DNA of 64,000 nucleotides, from NCBI GenBank assembly GCA_905331295.1, contig CAJNYD010000033.1, positions 124,001-188,000 on the forward strand, written 5' to 3'. Made by a program: the position numbers and the translations under genes. Below the pieces are notes generated by a model. The model did not search any database and was not told the DNA's origin. It was given only the letters and a program-made list of their open reading frames with translations. Positions 1 through 17,300 of this stretch are shown in pieces (the stretch's first letter is position 1; each line of letters opens with the position of its first letter). The stretch is from Rotaria socialis (Eukaryota).

Positions 1-329
1 TTTATCTAAGTAATAAAACTGCTACGTCACATAATAGAAAGAAGAATCATCTAAATCTACCTGTAGGAATAAATCCATTGAATTTTTCATTTCCAGTTGA
101 TTCCCTTGTAGGCTAAGTTCGTCGAATAAGTACAAATAAGCGTTTTTTTAAATTTCTAATAGAAGAAATTTACCGATTTTATAGGTCCTGAGACAACTTC
201 GAGTGATTTACAATTAGGAAATAATTTTTCAAAGGATAAATTTGATTTATATGTTCGACTCGTTATTAAAAACTGTCGAGTTGATAAGCAAAGAACTTGG
301 CGAACGACAAAATTATACATTGAATTCAT
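1..329 (-). CDS. MRPL58: Mitochondrial peptidyl-tRNA hydrolase ICT1 / mitoribosomal mL62, 5' part (runs off window start)
   Basis: Manual splicing (exons 329-174, 112-61, then an exon starting at 5) gives MNSMYNFVVRQVLCLSTRQFLITSRTYKSNLSFEKLFP...EKFNGFIPTDK. This has a transit-peptide-like N-terminus and matches the ICT1 pattern YKSxLSLDKLYP...F.G.IP.DK. The GGQ motif would lie outside the window. Not in the ORF track. Confidence 0.75.
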
Positions 330-1447
330 CTACAAAAACAAAGAAAGAATAAACACTATTTTCGAATGAATAATTTGCTTTTCAATCGATGGCGATCGTT
401 TTAATCATGCTTCGATACGATTGATGAAACAATCGAAGAAAATAATTGTACTCAAAGTATTCAATTGAACATTTAATATGAAAAGAGCTTTATTTTTAAT
501 TGAATACACGTCAGCAACAAATTACAAAAAGTGCTTCATCTTTATTAGTTTACAACGTATGTAAAATAATTCTTTATTGTTCATCACGCAAGCTATCCAA
601 ATTGCCACCGGGAAAAAAGAAAAAGTGCATGCTTAGAAATTCTCACGTTCATCATGATAAATAAATCTGATAATTTATTAATCAGGAACTTAGGTATCCG
701 GTTAAAAAATGTGTAAAATGTCCTATAATAATCTATCAAAGGTACTCACTAATTCTATTCATCGCAATTTAATCTAAAAGCAGAAATTGAGTCGACAAAT
801 GCGACAGTTATAGACTCGATCCAATCCATCGTTTATTATTTTCGTAATTTGCTTCGTTAGAACATAAAAAGAATCGACTAGAATAATTAAGTTACTTCAA
901 TGCTCACAGCGGGAATGATACTGCCGACAATCAAACATCTGTACAAGCAAGATCTTTTCTGTAAACCTCTTTTTTTACATTAAGGTGGTGCCTTCACACG
1001 TAAAAGCGGAGAACAGCTGCTACCAGCTGGTGCCATACGTTTTAGATTAAGTATTTGCAGAAAAACAAATACTTTGATGAAGCAAAAACAAAAAATCATA
1101 TTAAAACTTTCAATATTTTATTTCGTGTATGCCATTGAAGTTTCAAGACAAAAGGGTAAGAGGAAAAAAGTAAACACCTAAATTCCATTATGTATAAGAC
1201 AATAAATGGAATATGGTAGTTGAAAAATTAAATGGATAAAACAAACAAAACAAAAACCCGACTGTAAAATCTGGCGTATAATATTCAAAGTTACACGATT
1301 GTTCTTGAGATTAATAATATTTAATACTATTGAGGGAAAAGTAAGGAAATCTATTCTTATGATGATTCTAGCCGGCCATGATGGACGGAAATATGAAAAA
1401 AGAAAAACTAATGAACTAAAAAAAAAGATATTCATTTGTTTTTGTCA

Positions 1448-3651
1448 TCAAGCTTTAACTTGATCATTCTCATTCATTGGCACCAATTCTTCATCGTTGA
1501 TTTTCTTTTCTTCTTGAGCAGCAGCTGATTGAAATCGAGCCCATTTACGCGGTACACCTGAACCAAATAATAAAAATATGAGACCGCCAATAAAATAAAC
1601 TATGCCGAAAATAATAAATAATTTTCTCCATTCTTCGAGTATTGGCTTTTTAACAAGAAGACCAGCAACAAGATTTCCAGTTAGACCAGCTATTGATGCA
1701 AATGTATTAGCTATACCAAAAATAATACCCGAATATGCTGGAACAATATCAGCAAAATTCACAGAAAAACCACTTCCATAGCCAAGACCTTCAATGAAAC
1801 AATTTTTCATTAGATATTTACAATCTAATCTAAATTTTCTTCAAATTTTCGCTTAAAATCTCGTTGCTTTTCTTTTACATTGACGATTGGCTACTTTCTA
1901 GTTCACATTAGCATCATAAATAGCCCTAATTTATAATGATGTATTTGTCGAAACTTTTCTCTCTCCTTCATTTCATCCCGCACTTTTCTTCCCAAGGCAC
2001 TTATATGAATATTCTGTGCGCTTGAACATTACGTCTATCGTCGTCTATCGGGAAAAATGAGCTCTATAAAAAATAAAAAAATATATATATGCATCTGTCT
2101 ATCTCGTTCTCTTATTTGTTTCTTTCAAGGGCATTCTCTCAGCATAAGAACAAATGGCAGATTTTTTTATGCGTAGACGTACATCAATCAAGGACACTCA
2201 ATAGGACACCATGCTATTCATCTTTTATTTTAGATAAGTTCTTTGTTTAAAAGAATATCAAGTCTTGATTAGACTTACCGGACGCAGCAAGAAAGATGAG
2301 TACAGTAATAACGCCCAATACTTGTCTCGATTCATTACAGAAATACAATGATATCATACATAAAGCAGGCACAAATGATGTTATAGAATTAAATAATCTT
2401 CTTGCAGTTGTTAATGTCATTATTTCAGATCGAACAAGTTTATCAGCGATAATACCTTAAAGTAATTTCGGTAAAAAGAAAAAATAAGCTAAATTTACTT
2501 TTCTTTCCTATACCTGATGTTAAACTAGTGCAAAGTGTAAGAAAAAATCCGAATGATAATATATAACCAGTATATTGCGCAGGTACGCGATGAAGTTCAG
2601 TCAAAATTTTACCAAGATTTGTTAAAAAGAAAAATAACCCAAATAAATTTGCTATATGTGTACACATTAAAGCAAGTAACGGTTTAGATTTTATCATGCT
2701 TCCCCATGGTATGGATGCTAATGACATTGAGCGTTTTTTGCCTGTGTGGCCTGTATAACTGCATATATAATCTCTTTCATGACTACTAATTGTTTGATGA
2801 TCAGTTGGTGCATGTGATGTCAATGGTATCCATAATGACAACCAAATAAAACCCAAAACACTTGTTAGAACAAATAAATACATCCAACCTGAGGCTAAAT
2901 AGCTACATGAAATACCACCAAGAAGCATCGTTAATGATGTTCCGAATTGTGTGCCACAAAATCCAATTGATGCAAGCGTACTTCGTTCTTGTGGAACAGC
3001 CCAAACTGACCATAGGGATATTGTTGCTGGAAAAAGCACACCATGCGCAAGACCAATAATAAAACGAAGGATAAACATTAAGGCGAAGTGTGTACTTGAC
3101 ATCACATACATTATTGTTAGAGCAAGAGTAGCAGTAGAACTAACAGTTAGTGAAGTAGCAAAAACCCATTTAGGTCCAATACTTGTTGCTAGCCATCCGC
3201 CTAAATGTTCTCAATGATCTATTATAGATTGTGTGTAAAATAAAACATAGTACTTACCCGGTATCTGTGTAAATACATATCCAGCCCAATATCCTCCTAA
3301 CAGAAGTTGTTGTTGTAATTCAATCCAATTGAACTGTTTATCTTTAAGAAATCCTCTTTTTTGTAGCGCCTTAGTAATTGTTTTTACTGTTGTTGGTGCA
3401 TGCAAAAAGTTTTTGTTTACATTATTAGCTAAATTGTTACTTATTGTTTTTGTTCCATTTAATATTAATCCATGTTCAATTGGTTTTGTACGATTAACCA
3501 TGCATACAATAGCTATAGGTAAATTCACACGTTGAGAATATTGTATGATAAAAGCAAAGCAGACTAATAAGGCCAATGTAAAACGCTTTGATGGTATCAA
3601 TGGTGGTGGTGCTTCACCATCCACCAAGACAATCGTCTTTCCAGTGCCCAT
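1448..3651 (-). CDS. SLC17 / anion:cation symporter family MFS transporter (sialin-like), multi-exon
   Basis: ORF pieces contain QYSQRVNLPIAIVCMVN, LRFIIGLAHGVLFPA..W..PQERSTL and NFADIVPAYSGIIFGIANT, typical SLC17 motifs. ATG at 3651, stop at 1448, about 4 exons. Confidence 0.9.
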
Positions 3652-4364
3652 AATGCACAACAAGCTAAAAGTCACCAAAAACAAAAAAAACTATATTATC
3701 GACTAAGAAAATACTGGCTAAGAAGATTGAATAGTTATATGCCCATGCCTCCTCTTTGTTCTACAAGGTCTTGGAAAGAACTTGTATGTTAATATGTTCT
3801 TTCCTTCTCTTCGTATATTTTCTGACGCTCGTCTGACGCTCTTAGATCGAGAGAGAAAATTTCTTTTCTTTCTTTGTAAATGACAGCCTGACTTCCTCTC
3901 CCTCCGTGTCTACCATTTCAGTCTTTCAAGAAACACAAATGCCATAGACCGGCAATACTCTGGGCGAAAAAGAACCCTAACTGCCATTCTGGCATTCTTT
4001 GTGTTAGACCAAAGTCAAGCACAAGTCAAGCACAAGTCTCCTGCTCTCTGTTTGTCTCTCCCTCCCTCTCGCTCTCGTTCTATCAATCATTCATCAATGT
4101 GTGGAAAAAAAATAATTACAAATAATAATAATAGTGGAACAATAATGACCTTTTAGGTTACCATGGCTTGAATTACACCATCGAAACTTTACCGTATACC
4201 AGTAGGAACGAAAGTTTGTATTTATTAACAGTCGATGAATAGAAGTTTTGTTTACCATGATAGTCATCTAAATATCAATCAGCAACAAAAGAAATAATGA
4301 ATAACAAAACAATGAAGTATTAAAAGAGCAAAAACGATTATTTCGTTTATTTTATTTTAATTTT

Positions 4365-7300
4365 TTATTCATCATTATCATCGTCATCACCATCGGCCAT
4401 AGTATTATTAGATTTTCTTTCGGATGTTTGCTCATTTCCACCCATTTTACGTAATTCGCCGAGTAATTCTGATCGTTTTGAACGTTTTCCAGATGAGCTG
4501 AGATCTGAAAAAATGTAAAATAAAACATAGGACTATTTATTGGCATTTTTTCTTTAGTAAACTTGATTTTACCAAATTCTGCTGCAGTTTTTCTACGTAA
4601 TCCTTCGACTGTATCATTTTCTTCGTCTGCCCATTCAAGGACAAGACGACGTCCATACAAATGTGTACTATGGCATAAAGCATCAAACGCATTCTAAATA
4701 AAATGAATTAAATTAGTAGAAATTTTTTTTTTATAGAGCTATTTACTTTTGCATCATTTTTACTTATGAAATCCACAAATCCGAAACCACGATGACGTTC
4801 ATCGTCAACTTTTTTCGGAAGACGAACAAATTTAAGTTCACCAAATACACGAAATAATTCACGAATTTCTTTGATATTAGCTTGAAATGGAATATTTTTC
4901 ACTAAAATTTTACTTGTTTGTTGTTCTTTTTCTATTTGACGTTTACGTTTATTTGATTTTGCGTGTGGACTAATTAGAGGAAGAAAAACAGTTGAAAAAA
5001 CAAACGAACAAAGAATTAATTGTGTTTTACTTTGATTTCATTGTACGTTCAGATCGTTTAAGTTCAAGTGTATGACCTTGAAGTTCAGAATTCTGTAATT
5101 GTTTAAGTGCTTCTTCAAGTAATTTAACCGATGAATACTCAACAAAACCATAACCCATTGATAATAATTGACCTGGACGTTTTAGATCTTTTTTTTTCGC
5201 TACATAAGCTCGACATGAGCCAATCGAAGAAAAATGCTTGATGAAGAAAAGAATAAATTGAAATAAAAGAAAACAGAGAATATTTTACTTACTTTTTCTA
5301 AATCTTCATCAGTTGTATCAAAATTAAGATTTTTTACAAATAATGTAAATACTTCTTCTTCTTGAATTACTGGTTCTTGTTCTTGTTCTTCTTCAACAAG
5401 AGATTCAGTCTAGAACAAAATTTTAGTTTATTTAATTATCTGAATTTTGTTTCCACGTCAATGTAAAAAAATCAATCATTCATTTCCGGACACCATTGAT
5501 GCATGACAAATGCAAGTAGACAATTATGTCTCAACGAAGAAATTGAAATTAGCATTCATGTATTTTGTATTTCAGAGAAAAATAAAATAGGTTTATCGAG
5601 ATAAATATGTTTTTAAGCTTTACTTTTACGATTTTTCTATGATCATGTTTGATTTTAAGTGTCAATAAAACAAAAAAACAGATTGCAATAAATATATTCT
5701 ATTTCCGTGTACGCCGATGCTTACGATACATTCTGAATTGATAAATTTATGCTAACAACAACAAAACATCGTGGTAGTTGGATTGAGAAGAGCTAATGTA
5801 AATTTATGAGTATTTTTTCTTCCTCTGAGAATACAAACTTGAATGATTATGAGAGATGCTTTTCAATTTAAAGTAAATATTTTATTTATGAATGGATACA
5901 TTTTTTATGTTAAGTTAGACTCGCCTTTGTAAATGATATTGAAGTATAATACGAGATATGTATTTTCAGAGAAAATAATATTGTTAGTAAAAATTCAGTT
6001 AATTGACTTATTTACATCATCGGCCGCAAATACATCAATAGAAGAAAATATGTTGATAAAAACAAGCCTCTGCTTTTCTGTATGTTTGACGCTTTCTGTT
6101 TTTGATTAATTTCCTCTGTCAAACCCATTCATCATTAGATCTGTATTCTAAAACGTCATCTTATCCTCTATGATAAATACTGTGGTATTGATAGAAATAA
6201 AATAGTTGTCACTTTGAGTCACGAAAAGAAAGAATTTATTTCCCAAGCAAAAAAAAGACACGTACCACAAATAAAAGATATGATAGTTCCGTGTTCATTT
6301 TAATCCTAATGATGGTATCCTTCCTTAATTATCTCATGCGACATTTCGTTTTATTAGTTCGTTAGATAAACAATGTTCTATTCTATTGTAATTAGCTTTT
6401 TTTACGACATTACAATTATTTTTATTCTAGTCTATTTATTAATAATTTAGCTTACGTGTTGTTTTTCTTCTGGTTTTATGTGTACCGAAAGTACATTTCC
6501 AGGTGCCCATTCCAAATATAATGGCCTATTATCTTTAAACTTCCGATAGGATAATTGTTTAAATGCTTGTCGTGCTTCTTGCGGATGTTCAAATACAATT
6601 AATGCACAATGTCCATAGGGTGGTAAAATAATTTTTTCTAATTTTCCATATTTTTCAAATAAAATTCGTAAATCTTGTGCATGCGTTTTAATGGGTAAAT
6701 TTTTTGCTAATATAACATTTTTACTTCGTTTTGTTGCTGAGATTGCTTGACTAAACGAATCTAATTGTACACCATTGTCGATTAAAAATTGTCGAGTCTC
6801 ATGAATGATTTGTGTTTCTCCAACAGCTAATCGTACAGCTAAACTATCATTTTTCTTTGTTGAATCAGCAATGGCTGATTTATCAAGGCTATATCGTTCG
6901 GCCATAATTTCAGCAATAGCATTGGAAGAAAGAAATAATGCATTCCAATTTTGTTCGGATGATGTTGCTATTGCGGTAGGTGTCTAGAATTATGATACAC
7001 ACTCAAAAATAGATATCCTATTGCTAGGAAATAAGTTCTACACATTACTTGATCATAACTATTGGATAATTTTAGCAAATTTTATGATAGAAAATTAAAT
7101 CAAATGTATGACAAAAACGGCCATCTTAGCTTTACATGGTATGGAGTGGTTCTCAAAATGATTCGAGTAGATTTAGTGTATATATTTGAAGTCTTTGAGG
7201 ATAATGCGGCATAAATAAAAAAAAAAGAAGAACACTCGCTATTTCCAAAGCGTGTGCTAATGGGTAAGTTCTGACCTTCAGTCACACCCTTGCCATGTGA

Positions 7301-9968
7301 ATGATAGTGAAACAAATTGATGATCTTCGTGCTTGATAAAGCATCTGACATTCACACAAATCACTGAGGGACCGTTTAAAAGTCAGATGAAAATATACAT
7401 TTTCCCTTCTCTGAATGTTTATAATTGATATGATTGCTATCTTTACACGGTTAGATCTATTTTAAGTCCCCCTGAAAAAAACCAAGTAAGAAATTTTCTA
7501 AAAAATTCAACGCCTCCATCATGATTTTGAACTAGAACAAATTAATCTTATGTGAGCCATCCGTATGTTGTTTGCCTACGGAGTTAATAAAAATAAAAGT
7601 TTGTGTCGTTCGTAAGATTAATATTCCTTGGCTCGAAAATTTCGAAGGAAGTCAAGAGACATTTCATCTTGTATGGTCTATTATTCCAGGTAATTCAATC
7701 AGAAATCTACATGCTTATTCCAGAAATTAAAAATTTCAGCTATTAGTTTGTTAGGAACACTATTCTTTTAAAAAAAAACTATGAATTAATTTCATCTGCA
7801 AAATATTTTGTGTAATATAATTGTGCCAGAAGAATTTTTTGCGATTCCCTGAGTCTACGTTGCCTCTGACAAAATTAATTATTTCGAAAATATGAAAGTA
7901 GACTAATATAGAAAGTATTCTGGATATCATGTTGTCTAAATAGGCAACACATGCGTAAGAAAACTTCAAGTTTGTGATTATGATTTTCTTTGACATTGTC
8001 CGGAACAGGAAATTCAAACAATAAAGTCATTGAATTGCGGTTGAGAAGACTGTAAAAGTGATGCAATTATTTTTCTTTTTTAATATAAGAACAGATCGCT
8101 CACTCAAACTTATTTATCCCTGTTAGACACGGACATGAACATAATGAAAACTATCAAAACTTGAATCAAACTAATTCGTTCGTATAGTTAAATATGATTG
8201 AGAAGGCTGATTAACCTTTTTTTTGTCAACTACAAAAGGTTTTAGATACCGTTCTGGCAGGATTATAATATAAAAACATGACGAAGATGCGTTTTTTAAT
8301 TATAGGAATATTCTTCAATACAATCTACTTTGTGATGCATTCTATCACTATTCATTCATTCGATCCTTTAGAAATACAATCAGGAAATAGTTTAAATCAT
8401 GGGTAATTACAAACCGACTATTTCTAATCATAATTCAGATATTAGAACGAAAATTCATTGCTTTACGATCTATGAATAGAAATGCCTGTGAAATTCTTTA
8501 CTATTCACTTCGACACTAGTTTTAGGTTTTATTTCATAAAAATAATCATACCTGACTTTTAGTTGATTCCAACGAGTCTTGTTCTTTTTGTTGTTGTGTT
8601 TTTCCTGGTAAAATATGCAATAAGCGACCTTGAAAAGCATGCCCATCGAGTTGATTAAAAGCTCCTAAGGCATGTTCAGGAAACATAAATGTAACATGTG
8701 CAAAACCTTTCGGTTGTTTTGTTAAACTATCAATGGGCATATTAATATTTGTTATTCGTCCAAATGGACTAAAAAGTTGGTCTAAATCTTGTTCAGTTGT
8801 TCTATATGAAAGATTTCGTACGAATAATTCGCCTGTTTCACCAATTGCTTCATTAATTGGTTCATAGGCTTTCATTGGCTTTTTATTATTATCTTTTGAT
8901 TTATTTAATAATTCTTTATTTTTAATAAATGATGTTAATTCTAAATAACGATTTTCACCGGTTTTCTTAATTGATAATACAGTTTTTTGTTTAAACATTG
9001 CTTTATTCATATCATCTTCATTTTCGAGTTCGATCCAGCAAACTCCTGTTAAGGAATTCGTTTTACGATTGTGAATTAAACGACAACGAACAATAGATAT
9101 TGGAGAGAAAAATTGACGAATATCGTTTTCTTTGGATGAATATGGTATGCCACAAATTTTTATTAGATAACGAGGCTTTTTAGGTTTGTCTTCTTTAACA
9201 GGAATAGGAAGAGAAGGAACAGAAGATATTGGTTTATTTTCAGCAGGCTTCGATGGTGTCTTTTTTTCGTCTTCAGTATTTTTCATTGAATCATTCCATA
9301 TGATTTGTTCACTTTTCTTCATTGAATCAACATTTTTAACGAATTCTTTAAATTTTTCATCATATTTAAGATCACCAAGTATTGCATCCACCAATTGACT
9401 ACTTCCTTTTGATTTCGTTTTCGGTTTATTTGTTGCCTCGGGAATTTTTATTGGTTCAGGAATCTGTTCAGAATATTTACTCCACGGTCTCGGACGATTA
9501 CTATCATTTAAAGCAAAACATTGTTCAACAATTATTTTTGATGTACCAATATAAGATTTATTTAATTTATCAATTGCACGTTGAGCTTCTTCATCGTTTA
9601 TAAATCCAACAAATGCAAAACGACGGAATATACCATCTTTGGTATATTTTAATTGTAGATCAGTTATGGATCCGAATGGTTGGAAATGTTTTCGAATCTG
9701 TTCTTCTTTAACCTAAGCAAGAGAGTGATAAAGAAATTCTACACGTAGTTTAATTTACATAGAAAATCTGTAAGATAGAATTCGCAAAGCTATGAAGTCT
9801 TATAAAATACTCTGACATTCAATATTTGTAGTGCAATATAAAAAAATATATAATTTTTTCTATCTCTTTTTATGTAATAGAAAACACTTTCAGGCACACT
9901 TCTTAGGTAGTTATTGCATATATTTTACATACTTGTTTTGGTAAGTTTTTGACAATCACACGAGACAT
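4365..9968 (-). CDS. RBM19: Multi-RRM ribosome biogenesis protein RBM19/Mrd1
   Basis: Starts MSRVIVKNLPK; RRM motifs FRRFAFVGF, ELFVRNLSY...KGFAHVTF, LAVRLAVGETQII, VILAKNLP, SMGYGFVEY, KNIPFQA...RGFGFVDF, HLYGRRLVLEWA. Spliced stop TAA at 4365-4367. Confidence 0.95.
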
Positions 9969-10552
9969 GATGAATAATCTAAAAGAAAACTATATATTTG
10001 TTAATTCTTTTCTCTACAATACTCTTGTATCAACACTTTTTGTTCACCAGTTATTCGCAAAAATCATCCATACGAATATTAAATGGAACCTCTATTTGAT
10101 GACTGTGTTTTGTGATGAAAAATATAAACTCTAGCAAATCAATCCTACGCTGTCCCTTGCTATTCAAATCATTTTATTTTATTTTCATGATAGAATTCAT
10201 GCAATATTCGATTTCAAAAACACGTTCATGACTTTAATGATTTTGATTAGTGTATATGATTATACAATAAAAATGCATGATGGAAATCTTCTTTAATTTA
10301 GATAAATTAAAATTAAAATTTTACAATTTTAATAGTATTTATGCATGTTTATCTTCAAACATTCTCCAACTTTCTAGTTGACTTGAAAAGATGTCGCCAA
10401 CATATGACTCAGTCGTAACTGTATCTTTACAATTTTCATAATACTAATCATTTTTCCTGTCAAGTGTCTAAATCCGCACGCATTTCGTTGCATTATTTTT
10501 TATTTCTCTTACTATTTTCGACCGCAAGTGTCTCATTGCTTACACGTACGAT

Positions 10553-10666
10553 CGACGTCATCCGAAATGTTTTGCTGGACCAATCAAATGCAGACAGCAT
10601 TTTCATCCTTCAGCAACAAGCAAAACATGCATGTACTACTTCAAGAATCTTCATTTTAAATATATA
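10553..10666 (+). promoter_or_regulatory. Candidate BiP proximal promoter (CRE/UPRE-like GACGTCA, CCAAT box, TATA-like) in a divergent RBM19/BiP intergenic region
   Basis: GACGTCA at 10554-10560, CCAAT at 10580-10584 and TATATA at 10661, 60-170 nt upstream of the BiP ATG. This is not a canonical CCAAT-N9-CCACG ERSE. Confidence 0.35.
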
Positions 10667-10721
10667 CAACGCGTTTTCAACAACACTATCATTTTGTTAA
10701 CAAATCATACGTTTAGTAGAC

Positions 10722-13109
<2,388 letters not shown>

Positions 13110-14378
13110 AAAAAAACAGAAAGTACTAGGTGAATGTAAAGATAGGAAGAGGTCAGATTCTTCCATATTTATTTATGCTTGCTACGTTCATTCCAGTCTT
13201 TTTTTGCCCGCATTGTATCACAAAACTAACAGAGCAGCAACACGCTTTTTGTTTATTCAATTATTTTTCTCATTCTCTCTTGTTCTGTGGTGAACTTTAT
13301 TCGATTGATTTTTTCCTTCTGTCTTTTGTTATTGGTATATATATAGTGTGAGAATTTTTGTTTTTGTGTTAAATATATTGCGACAGAGAAACAAGCTAAA
13401 AAAAAGTAATTGATCATAGAAACAGCAAATTGATATTAATAGTACGCCACTCTACAGTTGATAAAATGAATTCAGAATGAAAAACAACAAGAAAAATAAG
13501 CTGAAAGTTGTACAAATTGCAAATAGTTCAGTTTCTCAAGATTCAGCGTACGTAGATAATTTTTCATAATACGAATTCATCCGATGCAGTTCTTAAATAT
13601 TTTTCAACAGTATTGTGGAGAACGCGGACGAGTGAATGAGAAGAAACATTGCATAAACAGAGAGAGAGAGAGATGACAATGAACAGAACAATTATTCATT
13701 CAAACATATGGCAATATAAATCATGTGCAATCAAATATGATCGTTAAAACCGTGAAGGAAGTTCATAATTTATTTAGTCATAATTCTTCTCTATCGTAGT
13801 AAAAAGACTGAAATCTGGAACACAATTAGCTTCTGTCATCTCAGAAAAAGTCTAAAGGCTATGTGTTTTCAACAATATCACAGAGATGCTTATGTCAAAC
13901 GGAAATATTTCAGCGGCGTAACCAAATTAGCGTATTCTTTAACACAAAACACCATTATAAATAATAAATTCTAATTTTAGCATTACCACTAAAGAGAAAA
14001 GCTTTTCATGCATTCCTAGTACTCATTCATTTCCTTATACGGACCATACATAGTGGTTCATTAAATATTCAAGCGATTTCGTATTCATAAAGAGAGCTTT
14101 TGCTAAATTATCATGTTTTTAATTAGTCTTATTCTTTAGAATAAAGCTTCCCTAATGGATCTCTACTTTCGAAGAAAAAAAGAGGATAGTTCATGAAGCT
14201 GAATCAATTAAAGAATTTGCACAATAATATGACAAATGAAATATTTTGAGGTCGTTTATTTTATAAACAAAAGTCGGCCCAAATAACAATGAATTTCTTG
14301 CTTAGCAACAAATAAACCTTACATCATTTAACAATATTTTTGGGGACAAAACTAACAATTGTTTAACAACAAAGAATA

Positions 14379-17300
14379 TTAATGAAAATTTTGTTGTTGC
14401 TGATAAGTATTTTGATTTGCGATATAACGATAATCAATCCGATTTGATGATGATGGTAATGGTGGTGGTGGCGGCGGCGGTGGTAGCTGTTGTTGTTGTT
14501 GTTGTTGATATGGCGCTGGATTATCATAGCGAGGTTTCTTATTTGGCCATGATTGCCGTTGATTATAATAATTGTTGTTGTTATTATTATTATTATTATT
14601 ATTTTGTTGATAAGGCCGTTTGTTATTACTGTTAACAAAATTTGGGTTGTCTAAGAAAAGAAAACGAACTAAATGTATTGAATAAATAGAATTAAAAACT
14701 AAAATTACATGGCCGAAACGTTGTTGGTAGATGGAAATTATTTTGTGCATAGAATTGATTTGTAGGATTATTATTAATATTATTATTATTAAATAAGCGT
14801 GGTTGATAATTCGATGGCTGATAGTTTGATGATTGATGATATTGTTCTAAATACAAGAAAAGGAATTCATTGTGGCATTTAAAATGTCAATTAAACAACC
14901 TGAATGGAAATGTTGTCCATTTTGTTGATGGAAGTGACCTCGTGGTCTAAAATTTTGACCGCGAAATGGTTGTCCTCCACGACCACGACCACGACCGCGT
15001 CCGCGTCCTCGGCCTCTATCATTACCATTACCATGATTGAATCGATTATTGTTATTATTATTATTATTATTATTGCCTTGTTGATTATGAACATTATGCA
15101 TAACTTGTTGTGCAAGTTGTGTATCAAAACGTTTAATATCATCTTGAAGGCCCTCCATTGTTACAGGTTCAAGATTATATTTTAATCGATATTCATCAGG
15201 TGTTTTAGCCATCTGTTGAATACCACCATTACGTTGTTCATGACTTAATTGATTAAAATTTAAATAAGTCTATGGAAAAAAAAGAAAAAGAAAAAGAAAA
15301 CTTCAACCGGTCCTTTTTTCCAATATAATATATTTACCACAAGACGTGGTATATTATCAACTTCGCGTTGTCGACGTTTTCGTAATAAATCACGATGGCC
15401 TTTCCAACCAAGATGCTAAATAAGATTTGAAAATCTTTTTTTTAACAATAAATTTTAATTAAATCAATACTTTTTCTAGTGTATAAGCTGATTCGAATGA
15501 TTTTTTACAAAACGTGCAATAATACGCATTTTTAATAGTTTTATTAGATGGTGGAAGTCGATAGGCATTAACTCGTGTTCGGTAATAATCCACTTTATCC
15601 AATGGAATAAATTCATTTAATAAACGACCAGTAAATAAACTCTACAAAAACCATAGATTAAGTAGAAAATTGAAAAAGAAAGACTTACATGTTGAACAGC
15701 TCGTCGATACGGTGGAAGACGCTTTAAATTATTCTCATGTTTTTCACTTGATTCAAAATGCTTTTTAGTTTTAAAACAAACAAATCCATTCAAAAGAAAC
15801 TATAAAGATTTTATTATCATCTGCTTACACAAAGAATTGCTTTTCGTTTTCGAAAACATTGTTTACAAATATCACACCTGAAAAGATTCGTTTCAACAAA
15901 TAAAAACGAGACAGCTTTTTATTCCGTTCAATACTCACCAAAAACCCGGTTTATTTTCTTGACGATGAAACATACGCCATGTTTGAATAGAATGTGCTAT
16001 TATACGTTCGCGTTCTGGTTCAACACTTGTGTATACACAGTAATCAAGGACTTCCTACGAAAAAAGTACGATATCGATACATTGAAGAATTTATGTCTAC
16101 TGGTAGTTTCAAAAAGTAGAAACACTTCAGAGATGGAAACACCGCTAGTTTACGAGTAAAAAGTGTCAGAACATGAATTATTTATGTAAATGGCAGTTCT
16201 GTGACTTTCACAATTGACGGATGTTTTATCAGCGAAGATGAAAAATCCCTGAAGAAAATTTTCTAGCACCAATGGAATTTCTCTCGTTATCGAATAGAAT
16301 ACAGGATATACAGGGGTTGCCCAAATTATAGCCCCCCCCCCCTTTGTCATTGATTTTTCTCTATGAAAATGAATAGCTGGATCAAATGTAAACAATGATT
16401 TTGATAGCTCTCGAAGTTCTCGATCGAATGCAACATATTGAAAATTTTCAAAGATGACTTCCCCATGTAATTTTTTGAAAATGCGTAAGACCGCATTTTT
16501 GGCTTTTAAAAAGATTTGCCAGACATCGTTTCGGATGCAGCAATCTGATAGAGCTGAAAATTCTGATTAAAATGAGTGATGCCACGGCTCTCCACGACTT
16601 TGCAGTGAGAAGTTATAAGCATAACAAAAGTCGAAAAAATCCTAAAAATCGTGAAAAATCGATTGGAAACACGTTTTTTCCGACTTTTGTTATACTTGTA
16701 ATGTCTCACTGCAAAGTCATGGAGAGCCGTGCGACCACTCATTTTACTCAGAATTTTCAGCTCTATCAGATGGCTGCATCCGAAACGATGTCTGGCAAAT
16801 CTTTTTAAAAGCCAAAAATGCGGTCTTACGCATTTTCAAAAAATTACATGGGGAAGTCATCTTTGAAAATTTTCAATATGTTGCATTCGATCGAGAACTT
16901 CGAGAGCTATCAAAATCATTGTTTACATTTGATCCAGCTATTCATTTTCATAGAGAAAAATCAATGACAAAGGGGGGGGGGGCTACAATTTTGACAACCC
17001 CTGTGTATATATATATATATAAATATTTCTCACTTACTTTAACAATTTGCTCATTGGATTTTCCTGTGTCATCACAATAGCGTGGTACAGTCCAAACATG
17101 ATCGACTTCTTTTCGATTGATTTCTGTAGATTTTTTATCGTTTATATTGTATGAGAGAAAAAAAAGTGTTTTTTACTACCTCGCGCAACAAAAAAACTTT
17201 GTGGTGGCATTTTTAATTGATGTTTTTCATTGTCTTGATTAAATTTATGCACAAGTATTTGATACAAATCATTGAGTGATGGTGCATGTTGATGTTCATA

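Noticed and set aside
3821..4038. Short 11-bp tandem duplications upstream of SLC17
   Set aside because: Only 2-2.5 copies each, consistent with ordinary slippage.
14363..15185. Alternative-frame and antisense poly-I/V/Y ORFs
   Set aside because: Shadows of trinucleotide repeats in the zinc-finger gene's low-complexity tail.
16150..16808. ORFs 16150-16395, 16506-16742 and 16572-16808 as genes
   Set aside because: They are mirror-image chance ORFs within or overlapping a palindromic MITE.
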